53,146 bases of DNA from a virus (lineage: Duplodnaviria > Caudoviricetes). Numbering within the stretch: position 1 is the first letter of the stretch; each line of letters opens with the position of its first letter. This document shows, in pieces, positions 9,159 through 18,300 of this stretch. Location: positions 1 to 53,146 of the IMG/VR virus record IMGVR_UViG_3300025108_000070; one strand, written 5' to 3'. The notes beneath the pieces are model-generated. The model saw nothing but the letters and a program-made list of their open reading frames with translations. It made no database searches and was not told where the DNA came from. Both the position numbers and the translations under genes were made by a program.

Positions 9159-10406
9159 ATGGCTAAAGTTAAATCAGCAAGAAGACGAGCTCAAGAATCA
9201 ATAGCAAATTATCAAGGAACTATGTACGATGCTATGGCTAATGAATATATATCAAATTTAGAACAAGACGATTACGTTCGTAAAGGTCAAAATATCTCCG
9301 ATACTACTAAATTGGTTGCTCAAGCTGGAAAGCTAATAGATAATTTTTATCAACAAAAAGAAGAAAACGTAGAATTTGAAGGTTATGTAGCAGATTTAGA
9401 AGGAGCTACTGGTGAAAAATTTAAATACGAACACGCTAGTTTTTTAGATGTGTTGTCTGGTAAGAATAAATTTGGTGAAATGTTCGAAGAAAAAATGACT
9501 TTCGGTGGAGAAAAAGTTACAAAAGGTCAAATAGAAGCAAGAGCTAAATTGCTAGACCCTGAAACTATTGATAGAAGTTTATCTTCTGGATGGAAATATG
9601 GAGATGAAACAAAAGCTTTGTCTGGAACTCAAAAAATAGGCTATAAAGCAGGTGCTTTAATGGACCGAGAAGTATCTAATACAGTAGGAAAAATGATTTA
9701 TGAAGGTCAAGGTTTTCAAGCATGGTCTACTAGAATGGCAGTATTAGACGATTTAATGCAAAGTGAACAAAATGCAGTTAATAATTGGTTCGACAAAGAT
9801 GAACAAAAATTGTTTTATCAACAAAAAGATATTTATGAAGCTGAAACTTCTACTGAGGCACAAAAAGATGCAGCTTCTGATGAATTAATGAAAATGTATA
9901 AATCTGTTAGCGAAGAAGTAAAAGGCACTAGAAGAGTACAATGGGATGATATAAAAAGTTTTATTGAAGCAAGAGAGTCTGAAACTAATTACGATATAGG
10001 TAAAAATTATACAGATGATGGAAAATTGGCAAGTTATGATATAGGTCCTTATCAAATTAATACTAATTGGATAATGCAAGGAGATGGTTCTTTTGAATTA
10101 ACTCAAGATAAAACTCCTTATGCCTTATATGATAATATAAATGAATATTTAGATACAATAACAGATTTTGAAACATTTGAAGACAGTTCTTTTTTTGGAG
10201 AGCGTGAAGGATTCTACGATAAAACTTTAAGTGCAAATCCATTAAAAAATATAGATTGGGCTGATTTAAAAGGAGATAGAAGTATATTTAAAAAATATAG
10301 AAATGAAGAAGTTATTGACCCGTTTGAAACAGATGAAGAGGGCAATAAAAGAAAAGAAGCTTTATTAAAAGCTGGATTAATTAACGAATATTGGGAGGTA
10401 TACTAA
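9159..10406 (+). CDS. Putative ejection protein with lysozyme-like/lytic transglycosylase domain
   Basis: EARES...SYDIGPYQINTNW resembles ES...D.G..QIN motif; first gene of the internal-protein block. Confidence 0.6.
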   Translation: MAKVKSARRRAQESIANYQGTMYDAMANEYISNLEQDDYVRKGQNISDTTKLVAQAGKLIDNFYQQKEENVEFEGYVADLEGATGEKFKYEHASFLDVLSGKNKFGEMFEEKMTFGGEKVTKGQIEARAKLLDPETIDRSLSSGWKYGDETKALSGTQKIGYKAGALMDREVSNTVGKMIYEGQGFQAWSTRMAVLDDLMQSEQNAVNNWFDKDEQKLFYQQKDIYEAETSTEAQKDAASDELMKMYKSVSEEVKGTRRVQWDDIKSFIEARESETNYDIGKNYTDDGKLASYDIGPYQINTNWIMQGDGSFELTQDKTPYALYDNINEYLDTITDFETFEDSSFFGEREGFYDKTLSANPLKNIDWADLKGDRSIFKKYRNEEVIDPFETDEEGNKRKEALLKAGLINEYWEVY

Positions 10407-10930
10407 TGCCTGCATGGTTAGCACCAGCATTATTTGGTTTACAAGTTGCTGGAACAATTGGTCAAGGAAGGAATACAGCAAGAGCTTCTAGAGCTAAGAT
10501 AGCAGCAGCTAAAGCTCAATTAGCTGACAATGAAACAGCTAGAAAAGAATTAAATATTGCTACGGCTCAACAAGTTGAAGCTTCTGAAGTAGATTATTTA
10601 TCATCATTTGAAAATGCTGGTTTTAAATCTAGAACATTGGCTCAAGAATTAGATAGAAATTATGAAGCTGGTTCTGGTGCGCAAGGATTTAGCTTTAGCG
10701 GTCAAGCTGCTGAAGAAAATAGATTAGGATTAGAACAAGTTAATGAAAATTTTACAAACACTAGAAGAGATATATTAAGAACTTTAGACAAAACACAAGC
10801 TGATATATTTGCTTTTGATTTAAAAGAGAAAGCTAGGTTGAGGGCAGAAGACACAAAACTAAAAGCTCAAATAGGTATGGCTAGTAAAACTAATAGCACT
10901 ATGTCGGCTTTAGGATGGGATATAATTTAA
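10391..10930 (+). CDS. Putative internal virion/ejection protein (likely start 10406)
   Basis: Hydrophobic Ala/Gly N-terminus then Ala/Gln-rich helix, T7 gp14/P22 gp7-like composition; synteny. Confidence 0.55.
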   Translation: MGGILMPAWLAPALFGLQVAGTIGQGRNTARASRAKIAAAKAQLADNETARKELNIATAQQVEASEVDYLSSFENAGFKSRTLAQELDRNYEAGSGAQGFSFSGQAAEENRLGLEQVNENFTNTRRDILRTLDKTQADIFAFDLKEKARLRAEDTKLKAQIGMASKTNSTMSALGWDII

Positions 10931-12388
10931 ATGGCACAGGGAGCAGAAGTATTAGCAGTATTAAACTCTATCTTTGAAAACAGAAGACAAGAGACAAGAG
11001 ATGATAGAGCTTTTGAATTGGATACTCTTAAATTTAGAGAAAGCCAAAAAATAGCTAAACAAGAATTAGCTTTTAAAAGTCAAGCTCAAAGCCTTGCAAT
11101 GCAAGAATTTGCTCTAAAGAAAAAAGCAGCATTTAGCAATGAAATAAAAGAAATACAAAAACCTCTTATAGCTGGTAGAAATTCAAGACTAGATTCTATA
11201 TTTAAAAGTCTTATATTGCCTGAATTAACAAACGAGGATAATGCTATTATAGAAATATCTGGTACTGGAGACAAGGCATCTACTACATATAGTTTAGAAA
11301 ATTTTAACAAACTTTATGTAAATAAATACGGATTTACTAAAGAACAATCTTCTGAATTATTTGGTCAATTAACAGGCTATCATCAAAATGAAACTAATTC
11401 GCAATTAATGGTTGATTATATGGAATCTATGATAAGATACAAAGGAGAATTGCCTCCAATGTTTGACGAAGTATTAGAAATGAATATGCAAGTTAAATTA
11501 TTAGACAAAGAACATTCTGATATGCAATTAGGCGATTATAAATTTAATGAATTAGCTCAATATTTGAATCAAGAAGATGTTGATGAATTAGTAGATATTG
11601 CAGAAGAAAAAGAAAAAGAATTAAAAGAAGAAGCGAATTATGTTAGCGATGATATAAATGTTAACAATGAAACAAAAGAATTATTAGATGCATATACTCA
11701 AAATTTAGGAATTAAATTAGATAAAGGTCCTGGAAGTGGAAATACTGGTAATTGGGTTTTAAATATGGATAATTTAAATTTTGATAAAAGCAATTGGGGA
11801 GAAATAGATAAGGGAATGACTTTTGGTGAAAAAGAAGCTATATTTGAAACTAGAATGAATGAAGTTAATAATGCTATATTGCAACAACAAGGCGGTATAA
11901 AAGATATTGTGGACTATAGAAATAATTTAGAAAATGATGCAAAATTAGGTGGACAAATACAATTAGATAAATTTAATCAAAGCTCCAAAGCGAAAGCGAT
12001 AGATGATGCTATAGAAAGATTAAGACATAATACACAAATATTACAAAGCGAACATTCAATGTTATCCGAACAAGAAGAATTATACGAATCTAAAAGACGT
12101 GGTGAAAATTTTGATAAGTTCTTAGAATTTGGTGACAAAACAGACTATTATTTAGGCTCTATAGTAAATATGTGGGGCGGTGCTACTGGAAATAAATATG
12201 AAGGAAAGCTTGGCTCAATCCCAGGCTTGCCAAGATACAATCCAGATACTGAAGTATTTAGATATGACAATGAACCAGATAAAAGAACTGCCGTTGGAGA
12301 TATAATGTATGGCGGGAAAAAAATGACTAATTTTCTTACGGATTGGTATGAAGATGTCACAGACTATCAAGAAAAGAAAAATAAATAA
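10931..12388 (+). CDS. Putative internal virion/ejection protein
   Basis: Helical, charged; synteny. Confidence 0.5.
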   Translation: MAQGAEVLAVLNSIFENRRQETRDDRAFELDTLKFRESQKIAKQELAFKSQAQSLAMQEFALKKKAAFSNEIKEIQKPLIAGRNSRLDSIFKSLILPELTNEDNAIIEISGTGDKASTTYSLENFNKLYVNKYGFTKEQSSELFGQLTGYHQNETNSQLMVDYMESMIRYKGELPPMFDEVLEMNMQVKLLDKEHSDMQLGDYKFNELAQYLNQEDVDELVDIAEEKEKELKEEANYVSDDINVNNETKELLDAYTQNLGIKLDKGPGSGNTGNWVLNMDNLNFDKSNWGEIDKGMTFGEKEAIFETRMNEVNNAILQQQGGIKDIVDYRNNLENDAKLGGQIQLDKFNQSSKAKAIDDAIERLRHNTQILQSEHSMLSEQEELYESKRRGENFDKFLEFGDKTDYYLGSIVNMWGGATGNKYEGKLGSIPGLPRYNPDTEVFRYDNEPDKRTAVGDIMYGGKKMTNFLTDWYEDVTDYQEKKNK

Positions 12389-12394
12389 TAAAGT

Positions 12395-15300
12395 ATGCCT
12401 ACTTTAGAAGAAATACTAAAAAAGCGATTTGAAAGCAATGTAGCTGGTGTTAGTCAAAACACTAGAAATATTGTGCAATCTGATAATACAGCTCAATCTA
12501 ATACAAACCCACAAAATCGTGGAATGAATTTTTATTCTCAATCTCAACCAGCTCAAATAAAAGAAAAATCTATGTATCAAGGTTTAGGTGCAGGTATGTG
12601 GGACTTTACAAGAGAATTTGGTGAAGGTTTATTTGATACAGCTACTTTTGGAGCAGTTAGTGCGCTTTCAGATTGGGAACCAGAAGACGATAAAGTATCT
12701 GAAGCTGCGAAATGGGGTGGAGATATTGGTACCGCAGCTGGTTTCTTAATACCTTTTGGAGCAGGTAAAGCAGCTATTAGTAAAACTGTTCAAGCTGTTT
12801 CTAAAGCTAGTGGTGTAAAAATAGGTAAAAATATTGCAGACGATGTTTTTAAACAAAGTGATGATTTAGGTATTGCCTTTGCTAAGAAAAATCTTGATGA
12901 AGGCGCAAGTGTTGTTGCTGATGATGTTACAAAATTAGGTATTGCTGGAGCTTTTAAAAAACACGTTTTAGATGAAAAATTAATTAAACCTTTAGCTGGT
13001 TTTGATGATGCTTTAGCTGATGCAACAAAACGAAAAGCATTTTGGGAACAAGTTGATGATGAGGGAATGACTATTTTAAGAGAATTTGCTGAAGCAAAAG
13101 GTTTTACTGTTACTGAAAAAGCCGCTAATCAAATAAATAGCATTGTAGTAAATTCAATAGCAAAAGGTGGAGGTAGACCTGTTTCTAATTTAGCTGGGTT
13201 GGTTGCTAAGAAATTAGGAGATGGTAAAAAAGCATCTTTTTATTCTCACATGTTTGAAGAAGCTATGGTTTTTGCAGCAGTTGACAATGTATTGCATGGG
13301 ATAGACGCTGCAGCTGGAGAACACGATTGGGACCCACTTTCTACTACTACTCATGCATTAGCGTTAGGACACGCTTTAGGAGCTGTTAGATTTATACCTG
13401 GTGGTATCAAAGGTGGTACTATGGGTATTTTTAATTTAAAAGGCGTAGACAAAGTAAGAGCAATAATGAAAGGAACTAGCGCTAAAGGATATAATTTAGG
13501 CACAGATGCTGGTCAACAAGCTGTTGGTAGACAATTTAGCGTATTAGGAGGTATAAATAGCACCGAATTAGGGGGAGTAGAATTGAGTAGAATTGTTTCT
13601 AGCTATTTAACAAGAGGTGGAGCAAAACCTGGACAAAAAATTAGTAAACAACATATTGAAAGATTAAGAAAATTAGGTTTAGACGAACCAGACCCAGTAA
13701 GTATTTTGAATAAATTAGATAACGGGACTAAAGAACAAAAAAAAGCGGCAGCTGAGTTAATGAGAGATGTAATACAAAACGTTCACGGACAAGCTAGAAA
13801 TCAATGGAAATCAGAATTTAAAAAAGCATTAAAGCAAGATTGGTTAGGTGGAGGAGAAGCTGGTATAGGTAGTATGCCTCGTATGCTTATTGGTGGAATT
13901 ACTATGGCTGGAGGTCCTGGAATATTTATGGATGAAAATTTAACAATGGGAGATAAAGCTAGAGCGTTGTTAATTGGTGCATTCTTATTAAAACATGGAA
14001 AAGAATTAACTTATAAAGATTACAATACAAAAACTTGGGAAAGATATGAAGGAACTTTTATGGGTGGTCGTAAACCTATGGGTTCTTTTAGTGAAAGATT
14101 TAGAGATGCTGATGTTTTAGTTAGAGCCTTAGGTGGTAAAATGGAAAGCAAAAACAATTTAATGTGGGGTGCTTTGCAGTATCAAGTATATAATGATGCT
14201 AGACATGATAGACACATGAATCAGAATAGTGAAGGATATAGTAATCCTGAAGTTTTAGATGGTCTTAAAAAATTATGGGAATTTAAATCTAATGAAAAAG
14301 CCGATGATATGTTTAGAGTAGATTTAGAATCAGAAACTTCTCAAAGAACAATAGAAAAAAACAAAAGAGGTCCTCAGGTAGAAGGAGAACTTGGTTGGAA
14401 ATTGCTTTATCAAAGAATGGCTACAGACTCTAAATTTGATTCTATAGTAGGAGAAGGAAAAAGACCTAAAGATTGGAGCGAACTTACTGTAGGACAAAAA
14501 AAGGTTTATATAGAAAAAATGAAAGAAATGAATTTTAAGCCTGGTATGAGAGGAATTGTAAAAATGAATAAATTGTATCATTCAGCAAATCATGATTTAT
14601 TCGACCTGGTTAAAAGCAATTTAACAGATAACGTTAAAGAAATTGCTAATATTTTAAATAATGAAGGTAAAGTTCCTGATAAATTATGGGAATTTGATAG
14701 CGAAACAAAAACATATACTTTTAGAAAGATAGAAATTAGTGAAGTAATTGGTAAATTAAACGAAGTGCAACAATGGCAAGTTATTCAATATAACCACATG
14801 ATTAATGCTATAGCAAAACATGGACCGCATAAAATAGCTAAAGAAAAAATTAAATTCAATGACAACACTATGCCAGGTAAAGAAGCTTGGGATAGCTTTG
14901 CTAAAAAAACTATTTTAGCTAAACAACAAAGTAATAAAGATTTTGGTATAGGAAAAGAATCTCAATTTGAATATTCAGATATGTGGTTTCAAAGCGCTTT
15001 TAATTATCATGAATTTTATAGAGTAAATGAAGTTTCTATGAAAGAATTGGATAGATTTGTTGAAAAAAATCCTGAAATAATAGCTCTTTTAAGAACTACT
15101 GGTTCTGATATGGCTGATGCTTCTATTGCTTTAAAAATAAAAATTAAAGAAGCTAAAAACGATAAAAACGAATCAGCAAAAGATATGGAAAGTAATTTAA
15201 ATGATTTCTTGAAAGCTGTAAGGTTGACACAAAGAAGTGCTGGAACCTTTAGTGCTGGAGCAGTAAAAGAACTTACTATGAAAGATGCTAGAAAAATTAT

Positions 15301-18300
15301 GAAATCTTTAGAAAATCATAAAGAACCTATTTTAGCTTTTAAAAATTATAATGATAAATATATGGCTAAACAAAGTAGAGAAGCTGCTTTAAATTCCAAA
15401 AAGAATGAATTATTAGATGAAACTTTAGTTCTAGATAGTGAAGGTAAAAAACAGCCCTTAACTGATGAAGATTTTAGAATAATTGAAATGTTAGAAGCTG
15501 AAAATATTATTTTACCTGGAACATTTACAATAAGAAGTTGGGCTAGAGAACTTTTTGATATTTCAGATGCATTGAGCAAAAAAGGAACTCCATTAGAATT
15601 TAAAGATAACACAGAATTTTTGAAAATATTAAAAGAAAATGGAGCAGATGCAAAAACTATAGAATCTGTAGAAAATTTATTAAAACTTGAATCTTTTGCA
15701 GGCTCTCCAAAAGCTATTCAAGATGTTATAAAAGTATACGAAAATAGTATTAAAAGATATATGCGTAACGAAACTAATGGTACAGGTATTTTAGAAAATT
15801 CACCTGGTGAAAAAATAGCATTAACTGAAATTCAAATTAGAGAATTAGTTGACAATATTAATAATTTAGAAAACGGAGGACAATATACTTCTGAAAAACT
15901 AATGCTAGAAGCGCTCAGAAAAGAATTTTTAGAATCTGGTAGAGATTGGAGTGCTTTTGAAAATGAAGCTAAGGCTAAAAAATACATATTATCAGCTCTT
16001 ACCAGTGGAAATTTAAAAAGTAAAGATGCAGTAGACGTTGTTGCCTTGTCTATGGAATGGGGAATTTATGATTTTTATGGAAGTAAATTTAAAAAACTAA
16101 ACGAGACGCAATGGCAAGGTGTTTTTGAAAAAATGAAAAAAGCTGTTGATACTCAATGGGTAGATTCTGAATCTGTTATACAAAGAAGATATGAAGAGCT
16201 TTTAGACCAAAAAGGAATAGACCCTGGCGAATATAATAAATTAGATATAGAGCAAGTATTAGCAAATAATAAGTTTGATAAATTTGCCGTTCCTAAAGAT
16301 TCTAGATTAAGTCATAAAGCATATATACAAAACAAATTTATGAACGAATATAATTCAGATATAAATAAATTCACTACAGACTTTATGCAAGATTTTATAA
16401 AAAACAATAAAGATTCTAGAGTAACTGATTCTGAAATGGCGAATACTGTAATCAGTTTATTAGCTGAAAACAATAAAAGCATAAGAATTAGAAAATATAA
16501 ATTTAACGCAGAAAGTCCTAATAAAACAACGCACTCAAATGATACTGTTAGAAAAACTCATGTCATAGATAGAATAGAAAGAATGTTTGGTCAAAATGCT
16601 GAAATTGCAATTTTAGAAGGAACAAATGTTACTTTTGGCGGTATGCGTGCAAGTTTGTTTAATACAGATAATAGAATCCAGGTAGGAGATGCTATGTTGT
16701 CTGGACAATATAGAACTCAAAACGAAAAAATGGATTTGTATGGAGATGGATTTGAATTTGGAAATACTTCTTATTTTATGTATCAATATGGCGGAAATAA
16801 ATACGCTTATTTAATTGAAAAAAGTAACTCTTCTATAAAAACTATGACTACAGAATATAAAAATTATTTAAATAGATTAGAAAATGAAGGAGTCATATCT
16901 AAAGAGGAAAAAGCAGAAAGACTAGAAAAAACTGGATTTATTACAGATGGTACAGAAATAACTTACAAAGAAGGAGCAACATCAGAAACCACTAATAATA
17001 ATTTAAAGAAAATGTTAGACGACTATATTTTAGGTGACATATTAGGAGAATCTGCTTGGTGGGGAGGAATACAAAAAAGCAAAGGAAAGGAAGCTGCTAA
17101 AATATTTAAACGATTAAAACTTTTTGATAACATTTCGGCTAAAAGATTTGATACTAAAACAGTTAATGAGCTATCTGATTTTGTTTCTAAGAATCCTGAT
17201 TGGTTTGGAGGAGATAAACAAGTAGGTAAAGATTTAAAAAGGTTTGCTAATGGAGAATGGAAAGAAGTTATTCTTAGAGATGAAGGGGGTAATAATACTT
17301 GGAGTTACGGAGGTCAAGACTTTGGTATAGCCGACATACATTCTGTTATGAAACAAGAAATACAAAACCTTGCAGATAAAATGTCTGAAATAGAAATAGC
17401 TAAAGCAAATAAAAAAATAAATTCAAACGATGCAGATACTTTATTAAATGGTCTACAAATAGAAATTGACAACCTAACAGGAGATATAGCTAGTGGTAAA
17501 TTAGCAGACGCTTCTAATGTTAATGGAATTACATTTGTAAGCGATAGAGCATTTAAAGCATTGCAAGTATTAGCTGGACACACAGACCCTGGTATAGGTG
17601 GAATTAAACCTATAGTTTTACGTACTGGAGAAAATATGTATGTTAATAAAACAGCTTTTGCAAGAAAAAGTGAATTTGCTCAATTATTTGCTAGTAACAA
17701 AGTTGACTTTATAACATTTACTTCAGCTTCTAAAAAAATAGGAGAATATAAAGTTCCAACATATAGCTCTCAACAATTTTTCAATGGATTAAAACCAGAA
17801 GTTGTATTAAAAGGTGGACTTGATGTTCATACAATTAGACCAGAAGATATGCAAATCGTTAGTGTTAAAGCAGCTAAAAATGAAGCTTCAATAGGTATTA
17901 ATCATGCTAACGAACTAACTACAAGTAGAGATAGTTTTATGAATTATGTTTGGGGTAAAGAAGGAGAAAGTAAGTTAGGAGAATTTAGAAACAAAGGTAG
18001 TTTGTGGACAAATCCAAAAAGATGGATAGAGCAAATTTCTCAATTTAAATTATGGAGAAAATCAAAAAGCCAAGAAAAAGGTTCTCAAGAATTAGATAAT
18101 GCTGATTTTGCATTATTGGATATTATGGCTGAAAACAATATTCATCCAGATTTGCTAAGATTTGAAAAAGATAAAATGTGGTTTACAAATGAAGTTGAAC
18201 CCTTATTAAAACCTAAATTACCTGGTGGTCAAGCAGTTTTAGTGCCAGATATAGATATTTCAGGTAAAAAAACATTAAGAGATACTATTTTAGTTGGAGA

